Both the position numbers and the translations under genes were made by a program. Under the pieces are notes generated by a model. That model ran no database searches. It was not told the DNA's origin and was given only the letters and a program-made list of their open reading frames with translations. A stretch of DNA of 63,779 bases, counting the filler, from Octopus bimaculoides (taxonomy: Eukaryota): NCBI RefSeq assembly GCF_001194135.2. It is 6 parts of 6 records of this genome, joined end to end, with 100 filler letters (N's around TTAATTAATTAA, not from the genome) between each part and the next. Parts side by side here need not be neighbours in the genome. Positions count along the whole stretch, not along the records: positions 1 to 16,217 come from NC_068994.1; positions 16,318 to 32,842 come from NC_068988.1; 4 more parts are not named here. One strand, given 5' to 3'. This document shows positions 13,600-27,189 of this stretch, one piece after another; the first letter of the stretch is position 1; each line of letters starts with the position of its first letter.

Positions 13600-13996
13600 T
13601 GCTCTTTTACTTGTTTCAGTCATTTGACCGCAGCCATGCTAGAGCACTACCTGTAGTCGAGCAAATCGACCGTGGGACTTATTCTTTGTAAGCCTAGTAC
13701 TTATTCTATCGGTCTCTTTTGCGAACCGGCTAAATTACGGGGACATAAACACACCAGCATCGGTTGTCAAGTAATGCCAGGGGGACAAACACAGACACAC
13801 AAACATGCACACACACACACATATATATATACATATATACGACGGGCTTCTTTCCGTTTCCGTCTACCAAATCCACTCACAAGGTTTTGGTCGGCCCGAG
13901 ACTATAGTAGAAGACACTTGCCCAAGATGCCACGCAGTGGGACTGAACCCGGAACCATGTGGTTGGTAAGTAAGCTACTTACCACACAGCCACACC
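13600..13996 (-). mobile_element. Full-length SINE family A
   Basis: Closely matches 3193-3612. Confidence 0.9.
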
Positions 13997-14397
13997 TGAT
14001 AAATTTTATAACTTAGATCGGTCCCGTATTCGAGGCTTGGCCTTTCAGTCACCTTTATAACTTTCTCTCCTCTCGCATTCATAACATTTCTCTCGTTTTC
14101 GCTTCCTTTGTTCATACCTTTCTTCCATCTAGCAACATCTAACACCTATACCCGTGCACTCGCTTTTGTCACACCCTCCACATTTCCCTTACCTTCGCCT
14201 TTAACACTCGCTCCCCACCTTCTAACGTCCACCCCTTCCTCACATACACGCCCGCACCCATTTAATGATAACACACACACACACATACCTGCACTTATCA
14301 CATTTATACAGACAAAAATACCTAAAAAAGGACACACCTTTCACACCATACCCGTATCTCTAAACATGATGCACTCTTTTATTTGCACATAAAATTC

Positions 14398-14440
<43 letters not shown>

Positions 14441-15774
14441 ATTCTTAACTCCTCCCATAGAACCACATTCGCACCAGGATCCTAACTCTTCACCTCTTTC
14501 TATTCTTTTTGCCCACCGGTTTGCCATCTTCCTTACTTCCGCCTATGTTTGTCTCTTACTTTTGAAGAAGGACCAAAATTTGAAACGTTAAGACTTTTTG
14601 CCTTCCTTTTAAGTATTAAGCTAATATAGCATTAGTTGATCATTATCCCTCCTTTGTTGTCTTTTTGTTTTGCTTTATATTGTACATTAANNNNNNNNNN
14701 NNNNNNNNNNNNNNNNNNNNNNNNNNNNNNNNNNNNNNNNNNNNNNNNNNNNNNNNNNNNNNNNNNNNNNNNNNNNNNNNNNNNNNNNNNNNNNNNNNNN
14801 NNNNNNNNNNNNNNNNNNNNNNNNNNNNNNNNNNNNNNNNNNNNNNNNNNNNNNNNNNNNNNNNNNNNNNNNNNNNNNNNNNNNNNNNNNNNNNNNNNNN
14901 NNNNNNNNNNNNNNNNNNNNNNNNNNNNNNNNNNNNNNNNNNNNNNNNNNNNNNNNNNNNNNNNNNNNNNNNNNNNNNNNNNNNNNNNNNNNNNNNNNNN
15001 NNNNNNNNNNNNNNNNNNNNNNNNNNNNNNNNNNNNNNNNNNNNNNNNNNNNNNNNNNNNNNNNNNNNNNNNNNNNNNNNNNNNNNNNNNNNNNNNNNNN
15101 NNNNNNNNNNNNNNNNNNNNNNNNNNNNNNNNNNNNNNNNNNNNNNNNNNNNNNNNNNNNNNNNNNNNNNNNNNNNNNNNNNNNNNNNNNNNNNNNNNNN
15201 NNNNNNNNNNNNNNNNNNNNNNNNNNNNNNNNNNNNNNNNNNNNNNNNNNNNNNNNNNNNNNNNNNNNNNNNNNNNNNNNNNNNNNNNNNNNNNNNNNNN
15301 NNNNNNNNNNNNNNNNNNNNNNNNNNNNNNNNNNNNNNNNNNNNNNNNNNNNNNNNNNNNNNNNNNNNNNNNNNNNNNNNNNNNNNNNNNNNNNNNNNNN
15401 NNNNNNNNNNNNNNNNNNNNNNNNNNNNNNNNNNNNNNNNNNNNNNNNNNNNNNNNNNNNNNNNNNNNNNNNNNNNNNNNNNNNNNNNNNNNNNNNNNNN
15501 NNNNNNNNNNNNNNNNNNNNNNNNNNNNNNNNNNNNNNNNNNNNNNNNNNNNNNNNNNNNNNNNNNNNNNNNNNNNNNNNNNNNNNNNNNNNNNNNNNNN
15601 NNNNNNNNNNNNNNNNNNNNNNNNNNNNNNNNNNNNNNNNNNNNNNNNNNNNNNNNNNNNNNNNNNNNATTCAATTTATATTATATGATAAACTATTTTA
15701 TATATTAAGATCAAGACAACAACAGATAAATTTCGACAACACCGTTTGTCTATCCTACAACATATAACAAGTTC

Positions 15775-15820
15775 TAGTAGTAGTAGTACCAGCAGCAGCA
15801 GCAGCAGCAGCAGCAGTAGC

Positions 15821-15883
<63 letters not shown>

Positions 15884-15892
15884 GGTGGTGGT
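15775..15892. repeat. Compound (TAG)n/(CAG)n/(TGG)n microsatellite
   Basis: Seen directly. Confidence 0.95.
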
Positions 15893-16148
15893 GTATCTGC
15901 AAAGTAACATATATTTTAAGCAGTGTAGGCAAAACAAATACAAGTAAATGAAGACAACATTATTTGTATATATTCTCTAACAGAAGTAAATCTGCAGACG
16001 ATCGCTCACGTTTCAACATATGTCTCATATGTGAACACTTTTGTGTAGAGTTTGAAAAGAAAGAGAATATGTAACGAAACGAAATTGTTTGTAATTCAAA
16101 GTTTCGGAGCTACGTGTGCTTGCAAATTGCATTTAAAGCGAACGATAT

Positions 16149-16217
<69 letters not shown>

Positions 16218-16317
16218 NNNNNNNNNNNNNNNNNNNNNNNNNNNNNNNNNNNNNNNNNNNNTTAATTAATTAANNNNNNNNNNNNNNNNNNNNNNNNNNN
16301 NNNNNNNNNNNNNNNNN
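16218..16317. other. Artificial scaffold linker 1
   Basis: 44 N + TTAATTAATTAA + 44 N = 100 nt. Confidence 0.9.
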
Positions 16318-16356
<39 letters not shown>

Positions 16357-19300
16357 TTCTGCATATGCCTGTGTTTGCATTATGTGTGTGTGCTTAACCT
16401 TTTACGCAGCTCTGACTACTGAATGCAGGTACAAAATTTACCTAAAATATTCCATAAAATATCTACAAACTTTCTGGTCCTTCAATTTATTTTCCTTTGT
16501 ATTTCTAAGAAGATATCATAGAATATTCATTTTGACATTTCATACACTTTCTTAAAGCCACATATTATTTTCTGGCATATTTAAGCAATACTGCAAACTG
16601 AAGAGTTGTTTGATAATGTTCTTATTTGCCCGCTGCAATCACATGCGCCTCACTATGACATTTCTTTCCATGGACAGCAAGTTATCTTGATAATTTGCGT
16701 TATCCCTGGTAAATACAGAACAAATATTGACATTTGTGATTAGAAATATCTTATAGATTCAATGGCATTTTTTTCATTTCATGCATTATGCCGTAGAGAA
16801 CAGGATCTCATCAGATTTGAGAAATTGTACCTGGGAGGAGTTCTTTGACATTAAACACAATGGATATTATCCAGTAAAATGTGGTACATCTAGTTTTTGT
16901 ATATGTGGCTTCTCTTTGTATATGAGAAAAAAACACAGCATATTTATATGGATCATATCAATTTGATTAAAATCCCTTGCTACACCGAGTTTCAAAATGC
17001 GATGCTAATCGTCACCCATTTCAAACTTGTTTTGATCAATACGTGTATATATATATATATATATATATNNNNNNNNNNNNNNNNNNNNNNNNNNNNNNNN
17101 NNNNNNNNNNNNNNNNNNNNNNNNNNNNNNNNNNNNNNNNNNNNNNNNNNNNNNNNNNNNNNNNNNNNNNNNNNNNNNNNNNNNNNNNNNNNNNNNNNNN
17201 NNNNNNNNNNNNNNNNNNNNNNNNNNNNNNNNNNNNNNNNNNNNNNNNNNNNNNNNNNNNNNNNNNNNNNNNNNNNNNNNNNNNNNNNNNNNNNNNNNNN
17301 NNNNNNNNNNNNNNNNNNNNNNNNNNNNNNNNNNNNNNNNNNNNNNNNNNNNNNNNNNNNNNNNNNNNNNNNNNNNNNNNNNNNNNNNNNNNNNNNNNNN
17401 NNNNNNNNNNNNNNNNNNNNNNNNNNNNNNNNNNNNNNNNNNNNNNNNNNNNNNNNNNNNNNNNNNNNNNNNNNNNNNNNNNNNNNNNNNNNNNNNNNNN
17501 NNNNNNNNNNNNNNNNNNNNNNNNNNNNNNNNNNNNNNNNNNNNNNNNNNNNNNNNNNNNNNNNNNNNNNNNNNNNNNNNNNNNNNNNNNNNNNNNNNNN
17601 NNNNNNNNNNNNNNNNNNNNNNNNNNNNNNNNNNNNNNNNNNNNNNNNNNNNNNNNNNNNNNNNNNNNNNNNNNNNNNNNNNNNNNNNNNNNNNNNNNNN
17701 NNNNNNNNNNNNNNNNNNNNNNNNNNNNNNNNNNNNNNNNNNNNNNNNNNNNNNNNNNNNNNNNNATATATATATATATATAATCATAAAATATCTGAAA
17801 GAAGACCGAACATATAACAGTGCCTGTGTAAATAATTTGACCATCACGAAATATAACAACGTGTGTATAAATAAATATATGTGTGTGTTTGTATGTGTAT
17901 GGATAATATAGAAGCACATATAGAAATATATAAACACGCATACATACGTGTATGTGTGTGCATGTACGTAATTTACAAAGTATTTGAATATCTGGATCAG
18001 GATAGCCTTATTTTGAAATAATTTAAAAGTACTTATGACTAACTTGATTAGATATCTTTATTTGAAATCTCTTGTGTATATTCTACGAATTGATTGAAAC
18101 TAAACATTGCTAAAATGATCCAATCATAAATATTCACTGATCGTGGCTAATATGTAATTCAAGAGATCACAGATTTTATGTTATATCACCTTATTTCCTT
18201 AATGACGTTATTATGTCAAGAGAATTTCTGGTTCAGGTCAACATATGATTTGCGCCGTAGAGTTCCAAGTTTGATGCCATGTAAACATGCACCAATACTA
18301 TTTCAATTCATATAAATTGTTACAAAAGCCTCTCGAATGGAAGAAAATATATTGAATTTAAGTAAACGTATAGTTAAGTAATTATTTATTTGACGAGCAC
18401 AGAATGTGTGTAGAAATTAAGGGTTAAAAGAAAATGACTGCCAAATCATATATATCATTTACACAGATTACAGAAATTAAAAACAGATTTTTAATCATAG
18501 TAAAAACTGCCCTTGATATACTTGTAGCAACATTGCTTAACAGAAGAATACTCTGTGCAACATAGTATGCATTCGTTGCAAAGAATTTTCTCTTCGTTGC
18601 AAGAAATGAAATTTCATATTGGTGTTGATGGAGGTAACAATGTTAGTAATAATATCGTCACTTATTTCCCGCAAGGAGATATGCATGCATACCATATTCG
18701 AATTATATAAATAAGTATTACAAAATTCTGTCGGTACACGCTCATAACTATGGAGAAGAAGCAGGTGAGATGAAAGCAGGTGAGAGAAGAAGCAGGTGAG
18801 ATGAAAGTTTTACAAACAGGAAGAGAAATAAATACTTTAAATCATAAAGATAATTATACATAATAATTAAAGAAATACTGAGCGACACAGTGACACCTGG
18901 ATATAATTTTAGATTACAATTTTAAGACAATATTACGCTCGAGTCTTAGCTTCTTGTTCTGTTTTTGAAAAATCACTCTACTTGTCATTGAGGAGTTCCC
19001 GTACTGTTTGTAAAATGGAACAAGAATGCTAAAAGATGCTGTAAGCTATGTATAGGCAACACTCTAAAGAGTCTATCAATAAAATTAGCTTCTTGTTTCT
19101 TGTATAACCAAAAGCACCAGGCCTTACATTTGGAGAGGTATTAAGTGGATATCAATGGTAACAAACCTTGCAATGATAGCCACAACGCCTGAAACTTTGG
19201 TAAAGGAGTTTCATCAGTTTTATAGACCACTGCACTTCATTTGTACTCATTTGATAAATACCGAAACAATGAAAGGCAAAACTGACCTCAGCACCATTTA

Positions 19301-19630
19301 AACCCAGAACGTCAACTCGGAAGGAATGCTGATATGCGTTTTGTCTAGCGTTTTGTTACAAATGAGGTGACTACCACATTGTTAGTACGCTCCGACCGCT
19401 GCAGGTCCGACTGAAGGAACACATGACAGCTCTTTTGCAAATATATATACAGTAATATCACCAATCAGTTAGATGCTTCTATATTGGCCACAGAGAGAAA
19501 TATAAGAAATCCATGTGACTTCACCGCCTTAACTCGAAGATCAAAACTCAATCAGATATGTGGCAGTGACTGCTTTAAATTACCATCACTCCCAACTTCG
19601 CGGCTGCTACAGCAAACATCAGACCACTAC

Positions 19631-19670
19631 GATATTGATTAGTATATTGATTAGTATATTGATTAGTATA
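19631..19670. repeat. 12-bp tandem repeat tatattgattag x3
   Basis: Seen directly. Confidence 0.9.
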
Positions 19671-19744
19671 GTGCCAGCTAGCACCATCAACTAACACGGC
19701 ATATACCACCACCGCCAACGACATCGATGTTAAAAGTCTCCCTC

Positions 19745-19810
19745 GCCAATCTTGGTGCCGATCTTGGTGCCAATCTTGGTGCCAATCTTGGTGCCAATCT
19801 TGGTGCCAAT
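19745..19810. repeat. 12-bp minisatellite gccaatcttggt x5.5
   Basis: Seen directly; one unit reads gccgatcttggt. Confidence 0.95.
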
Positions 19811-21398
19811 TTAGACCTAACCATATATGTATGTACCAGTGTTCAACTGATACTTATTTTATCGATTGCGAAAGTCAACCTCACCTCAAACCCTAAAGAT
19901 GGACAAAATGCTACCAAGCATTCTAGCCAGTGTACTAACGATTCTTTGAGCTCGCCACCTTAGATTTACTCAATTATTATCAATGGATTTTTGTGGCAGG
20001 AAAATTGAATTAAGATATGAAACAAAAGATTATCAGCTAACCGCCACAAATGCGACTAGTCACTCAAATTTTTTCACGTACGAAGAGTGGGGGTTATTGA
20101 ATTATTGCAGTATTTTCATTATAATTTGCGTTTATTATTTCTCATATTTCCTGCTTAGGCATTCTTAATTTTTTCACACAATAGAAGTATATCATATTTC
20201 TGCATTCAACGTTTCTTATATTTATCTATTTTATTTTTATTGTGCGAAATACTTATCTCTTTTCATAAAATAATAGAAATAATTGAATCCATAACTACCA
20301 CTCGTAATATTATTAATCCCAATATTTTACCTTGGGGTATTACTATTTCAGTCTGATTAATACTATTGACATTTTCCCATATTAAAGTGCAACATATTAA
20401 CGTCAATACATCAATACTTGCCCAAAGTTATCATATTTTGCTATGCCTATTACAATGCAATTCTGAAAATTACCATAATAATAACGAACCTGTCATTCAT
20501 TTTTTGAAATTTTCATCCCTGCGGTTTTAATAAAATTACCGAGTAAGTGGTACGCGCTATACTATCATAAAGATTGGGAATTATTTTATATTACCGTTCA
20601 CTGAAATACAATTATTCCAGAATTTATATATTTAAATTCTTTGTGTATTACGGATGAGATTATGAAATCATTGCAGTAAAATTTGATTGTTGAAATGGTG
20701 AATTGCAAATGGAACAAAAGTGCTTTATTAACCACTATATTTATTGTAGATCAATGTATCACGTTAACAATTGAAGTAACTTGTAAGTATTATAAATATA
20801 TTAATTATATANNNNNNNNNNNNNNNNNNNNNNNNNNNNNNNNNNNNNNNNNNNNNNNNNNNNNNNNNNNNNNNNNNNNNNNNNNNNNNNNNNNNNNNNN
20901 NNNNNNNNNNNNNNNNNNNNNNNNNNNNNNNNNNNNNNNNNNNNNNNNNNNNNNNNNNNNNNNNNNNNNNNNNNNNNNNNNNNNNNNNNTATATATATAT
21001 ATATAAATTATATATATGCCTGTACACATTATATATATGCATGCATTTTTGTATGCCTGTGTGCTTATGTGTGTATGTATGTATATATGTATGTATGTAT
21101 TATGTATGTATGTATACAGAAGTGACCAAAATTAGAGAACTTTTAAAATAAAATATTTACGCTTCTACTTCACTTTCCCGAATGGGATTTTTACTTTATA
21201 TGCTTTAAGGTACGTTCATTATTTACAATGAATTTCGTACAAAGTGATTGGTCATAGAAATGTGATTTATAATAGAAATAATGTTTATTTGAAAAATTCA
21301 AGATGGTCAAAATTACAGAAACGCATCACGTAAAATTCAGGAAATAAAAAATTTATTAGAAATGCTTACAATGAATATCAATACGTTAATACGATACG

Positions 21399-21630
21399 CA
21401 CATTCCTTCAAAGTATGCACCCATATTCTCAATACACTTTTGCCATTTCAGCGGTAGCTTATCCAGCCCAGAACGGTAAAGGTCTGACAGTCTAGAGTCA
21501 ATAACATCATGAAAAGCCTGTTTTACAGTCTCGTCGAAATAAATTTTTCTTCTATCAAAATGTAATCCAAATTCTGGAAGAAGTGGTAGTTAGTGGGGAC
21601 AAGATCAGGTGAGTATGGTAGATGATAGAG
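21399..21630 (-). mobile_element. Mariner transposase C-terminal remnant
   Basis: HLPYSPDLVPTNYHFFQNLD (YSPDL motif) and TVKQAFHDVIDSRLSDLYRSGLDKLPLKWQKCIENMGAYFE. Confidence 0.8.
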
Positions 21631-22189
21631 AACTTCCAACTCCAACTTCAACTCCAACTCCATAAATTGAAAGTACAATCAAAGAATATGACTAGGAGAG
21701 AAAAGCATTTTGATTTACACAGAATATATTTTAGGATATCATATTTTTGTTTTACGATATCTGTTTAGTTAATAAGCGTTTGATAATTTCGCTTCAGGAT
21801 ATTTTATTTAAAAATACTCTTGAGAGAAAATATTCAGTGATGACATTGCATTTGTCATTGCTCCAATTTTAAAGAAATTGATCCGAATGTTTACAGCAAA
21901 CTAAGAAAAAAAGATGTGTTTAAATTCCGAATGCGATTTTGTATTTGGAGTACATTATACTTATTATCATTTATTAGTTATAGTAATAATTTGTTTATAC
22001 GGTCTTTGAGTGCATAATTAAAAGAGCCATAACAGCAGCAGTCACATTTTATAACCAAGGATGGAAAGTAGAACGAAGCTGATATCCTCAGACACTGAAA
22101 AATAGCTGCAGAGTGGACACCTCTACAATAAACTCCAGGTCTGCTGGAATTGATAAACTGTGTGAAATCTGATACTTGTATATACACTG

Positions 22190-22320
22190 TACAGGGTGTC
22201 CACAAAGTCTGGCTACATGGAGTAAATGAAATCATAACATAAACGATTAAATATAAGAAATTATTATTTCTTAAAGTATGTGTTAATCCCCATATACCCA
22301 GACTTTGTGGACACCCTGTA
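22190..22320. mobile_element. Tc1/mariner-type MITE, 127 bp with TA TSD
   Basis: Perfect TIRs cagggtgtccacaaagtctgg / ccagactttgtggacaccctg flanked by TA on both sides. Confidence 0.9.
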
Positions 22321-24562
22321 TAGAATAATATAGTTACATATACGAAATAATATATATTAAATACAAAGATATAATTGAAAATAAACTCTTCTGAACAACA
22401 AAGTAATATGATATATTTAGATGGCGATTTCCAGGTAATGTTGACTGAAGGAAGTGATGCCATGTAGACATCACATGATCGGGATACAACGAATACGTTT
22501 TCTCCTACTTTTGTTATGGGGATAACTATTTGATTTCGAGTACCGACTTCAAGCAAAATAAGTCTAAATTGATAACAGTATCGTCTAAACTCAGACGGTA
22601 AATATTGATTAAAAATAACACACAAACTATGTCACAGTTAGGCGGAACTTCTGCTCCCAACAATAGATTGCTTTCTTAATATTTCACTCTCCTTAATGTA
22701 ACTACTTTTGCTCCTCGTCCTACAAGAATTTTCGATAAAACTCAATGAAATCAGGCCATATCGTGATATTGAAACACAAACAAATAATCTTGTACGACTG
22801 AAACACGTTCATAATGCATATGGTTGGTCGGGGGTTGCCTTACATAAATAACTTTGAAAAAAGCAGTCATAAATATTATTATAGGAAACATTTGTTAGAA
22901 AGTGTTAGGCACATTTATGAGAGAGTGGTCAATGTGTATTCTGTTCAAATTTAATCAGTGTTAAAATGATTAAGCAGTGAAAATTGTATTCATATCATTC
23001 TCAGTTCATTTATTTGATATAATTAACATTTCTCATTTAAAATCTCTTATTATTCTGTCTCCAAATCTCCACTCTATATCCTGTGAGGCTAGCTTGTCTA
23101 GGCTATAAATGTGTGATGCCAGTTAAAACTCCCAACAGGTTTTAATGATGCGAAGGTTCTATTCATTTTATGATGGCAAAGATCCAAAGGAAAGTTCTGA
23201 TATTGGAAACAAAAGTTGAACAGAACATTACAAAAACGGGTAACTTTGATTAGCTGATAATTATGGCAAATGAGATCAAAGTAATTGTGGAGTCTAGGAG
23301 AGAAGTTATTACACACCACAACGTCTTCAAAGCAAAGAGTCAATTGTTTTGTCAATTATACAATGGACCTTTGGCTCTCTGGATTGTCAATTTTCAAGAA
23401 TCCTAAATCTACGAATTGTATTATCTAGCATTATATAGTTAGCTGGCACAGATGGTAATGATTATAAATATCTTATTTATATCTTATATCTTATATCTTA
23501 TATTTTATACCATGGGAAATAAAAGAAAACATCATTGAACTGAACAACTGCTTATTTGATTCAGGAAATCTGCTGCATAAGGCATATTAAAGTTTCCTTT
23601 GCCATCAACTTACAAATAATTGTAAGATTGGTACATTGGCTTCCCCAAGTATATCAGGCAAAAGGTGACTGTAAATTATCTTGCCAAATTATGCTTGCTC
23701 ATATAATCTGTTATGCTACTGATTTTCCTGAGTAACCGTAGTGAAAAAGAGATGCATAATGAATATGATGATATTTTTAACGCTGCAACGCAAGTGGCAG
23801 AACTAAAATATTCTTGAGACGAATCAAAATCAAAATCAGTTTGCGAGTTCAAAACCTGATGCAAGGTATACAAAACTTAATAACGTCAATGTATCTGCTT
23901 TGAAAAAAAAAACATTACTTAGGATCTATATGAAGACATTGGGTGAAACAATTTCCAGAAAGAAAAGTTCCTTTTAGAAGAGAAATATTTGATTAGAGAG
24001 TGAAATGTTTCCCTCTGGTGGTTTTGTGGAAACATCGATATACTCTCGTGGCTAAATGTTTAGAACATAGATCTGAATATTAAAATGTTTATATGAAACG
24101 CCCAAAGTTATTTTTAGTTTGTAATATATTGATACTTGACCAAAAGTTTGGAACATAGGTTTGAAAATTAGAATTCAACAATTCGATCACTTAGGTAAAT
24201 ATATGTCTACCTTGTATATATTTGAATCGAATTGTCCTTGGTCATAATTTTAAGTTTTAAAAAAATGCTCGAAATTTTGGCCACAACTGTAGTTTGTGAG
24301 ACTTACCTGTATGAACGGCCGTACTCTGAATTTGCCCTGTAGATTGAATACCACACATGGGAGAGAGTGTTTTCTTTTGCTATTCCTAGAAAGCTTGTAT
24401 GTGTGGGAGTTCTTCAATTGGTTTTCCTATACTTCACCTTTGGAAGATCTTGATTCATACATTTTTATTCATTTAATTGTTTTTTATGTTTATTATATTT
24501 TATAATCGATTCTGTGAGAACCACAATATTTGGTAATGTTTCGTTAAACTATACTTATTCTT

Positions 24563-24790
24563 TAAGGTGGTGAGCTGGCAGAATCGTTAGTATGGCGAGC
24601 AAAATACAATAGCATTATTTCGACCGTGATTACCCTCTCAGTTCAATATCCTTCGAGGTTCACTTTGGCTTTCATCTTTCCTCGGTTGATAAAATAGTAC
24701 CAGTTGAGTATCGCGATCGATTTAATCGACTGGCCCATGGACCAAAATTAAAAGCTAGCCTGGTGGCAAGATTTGAAACCAATATTCTCA
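24563..24790 (+). mobile_element. Diverged SINE family B
   Basis: aaggtggtgagctggcagaatcgttag head; ctttcatctttcctcggttgataaaatagtaccag core. Confidence 0.75.
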
Positions 24791-25220
24791 TTGATCATTA
24801 CACTTGTGGAAAATACAAGAAATGTTTACTATTATTACTGCTCACAAATTCTAGATCAGCATCATAATCAATTTTCAAAGAAAAATTATAATATATTTGT
24901 ATTAGGTGAACCATTAGCTTCATGCTCAAACATCTTCTAAATATTGTTCTCTTTACATAATTCCATTTTTAGTGTTGATGTCAAATATATTTAATTTGTA
25001 CGTCTGTTTGATCCGAAGTAATCGCATGAAAATAATATTGAGATCCAACTGATTTTAATCATAACACTGGCTTCCGTCCTTTAGCTCTTTATTGGACTCC
25101 AGCAATGATTTGAATTACATAACGAAATTGGAAGGGGATAAGTTTCCTAGGACCAGGTTTGAAAGTGAGGAAAGATTACACACATCTGTTTATCTAATGT
25201 TGACGATTATATTTCCTTTT

Positions 25221-25286
25221 ATTTGCGTATAAACAGATCCGAATAAACACACGCGTCTGTTTATTCTGTTCTGTTTATACGCAAAT
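25221..25286. other. 66-nt near-perfect hairpin
   Basis: 29-bp arms with 2 mismatches around an 8-nt loop (cacgcgtc). Confidence 0.8.
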
Positions 25287-25879
25287 CGAATAATTGCCCA
25301 TTTTATAACATCTTCCTAAAAGAAAGTCACATCCGATCGATGAATGGTTCCTAATCTTTGATTCTGACTGCTTAGAAAATATACGCCACATCTCTAGTGT
25401 ATTAACGTCACCATTGTGTTAAAATGGATTTCTATTTATTAGTTAGCCAATGTAATTCCATCTACCCACTGTAGTATTTCTTTAGATACAACAAGAGAAT
25501 ACGTCTCAAGATTAAACTATTTTATCTATAAGTATCTGTCGGTAACTTTCATGATGTCAACACAATTTCACACAAATAACTTAGAGAAAATAATTACTTT
25601 TTCGCAGCTTTGATCAGAACATTAAAATGAACAACTCAGATCTATTTGCTATTGTGGTTGGTTTTATTAAAGAATACCTTACTTCAGAAGATGCAGCTTT
25701 CTATTTCATAACATTGTATTAAAACCAGGGGCGGATACGTCTACTATATATATGTATATATAGTTGCATATATCAGTGTGTCTCTGGGCTTATGTACGTA
25801 TGCGTCGCTGCAATTGTTTATATATGTATATATATATATATATATACATAAATATATACATACATACATATATATATAC

Positions 25880-25924
<45 letters not shown>

Positions 25925-26475
25925 TATATAAATATATATATATATATANNNNNNNNNNNNNNNNNNNNNNNNNNNNNNNNNNNNNNNNNNNNNNNNNNNN
26001 NNNNNNNNNNNNNNNNNNNNNNNNNNNNNNNNNNNNNNNNNNNNNNNNNNNNNNNNNNNNNNNNNNNNNNNNNNNNNNNNNNNNNNNNNNNNNNNNNNNN
26101 NNNNNNNNNNNNNNNNNNNNNNNNNNNNNNNNNNNNNNNNNNNNNNNNNNNNNNNNNNNNNNNNNNNNNNNNNNNNNNNNNNNNNNNNNNNNNNNNNNNN
26201 NNNNNNNNNNNNNNNNNNNNNNNNNNNNNNNNNNNNNNNNNNNNNNNNNNNNNNNNNNNNNNNNNNNNNNNNNNNNNNNNNNNNNNNNNNNNNNNNNNNN
26301 NNNNNNNNNNNNNNNNNNNNNNNNNNNNNNNNNNNNNNNNNNNNNNNNNNNNNNNNNNNNNNNNNNNNNNNNNNNNNNNNNNNNNNNNNNNNNNNNNNNN
26401 NNNNNNNNNNNNNNNNNTATATATACATTGATGTATAGATTTATATACAAATATGCATATGTTTCTATCACGCGT

Positions 26476-26521
<46 letters not shown>

Positions 26522-27189
26522 TGAGAGAAAGAGAGAAAGAGAGAGAAAGTGATAAGGAGGGCCAAACGAATTGCTCCATTCACATTAATGGGTACGGATC
26601 GTTTCTCACGGTGATGTAGATTATGATAACATTGGTCAAATATATATTTTGTATTAACAGATCACATTAGTTCAACATTCCATAACTTTATTAAAGTTTA
26701 TAGCATGACAAAATATAGTTTCTCGTGTAAATATGACTAGCTTACTAATAGGCAATTGCTTGTAATTCCAATTTATGTATCTATCACGTAACTGTATTGA
26801 ATTTTTTTTTAAAAATACTATTCTCCGACATGTATATCTTTTATGGCCGTAAATTATATCAAATCGTGTTTATTTAAATGCGAATAATAACCATTCACTC
26901 TACGATTTCACGATTGGACCAGCAGGGAGCGAATTAACCAGTTTCGTAAAAGACAGAAAACAAATAATGAATACCTGTATAATTGCTGATATATATTGAC
27001 ATGCACACATGCATATATATAGATGTCTATGAATGTATGTATGTATGTACGTATATCTATGTATATATATATATATATGGGGGTTTGAATAATAACAAAG
27101 AAAAGCTTATACTGAAGTATTGAAGTTCCTACGCGAGATTCACTATTATGACTATTTGGAGCCCTACGATAAATATTGTAAATGTTTAT

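Noticed and set aside
16262-16273. TTAATTAATTAA as a homeodomain site or biological motif
   Set aside because: At all five linker sites it is centred in exactly 44 N on each side, so it is an assembly spacer
16770-16815. Minus-strand CTGATGAG...GAAA
   Set aside because: No stems can be formed
19631-19810. Short direct repeats as a CRISPR-like array
   Set aside because: Contiguous 12-bp units with no spacers, in a eukaryotic context
22727-23870. Short plus-strand frames after AG sites (e.g. FSIKLNEIRPYRDIE, EICCIRHIKVSF, EKEMHNEYDDIF)
   Set aside because: All under 60 codons, interrupted by stops, weak donors and no recognisable homology
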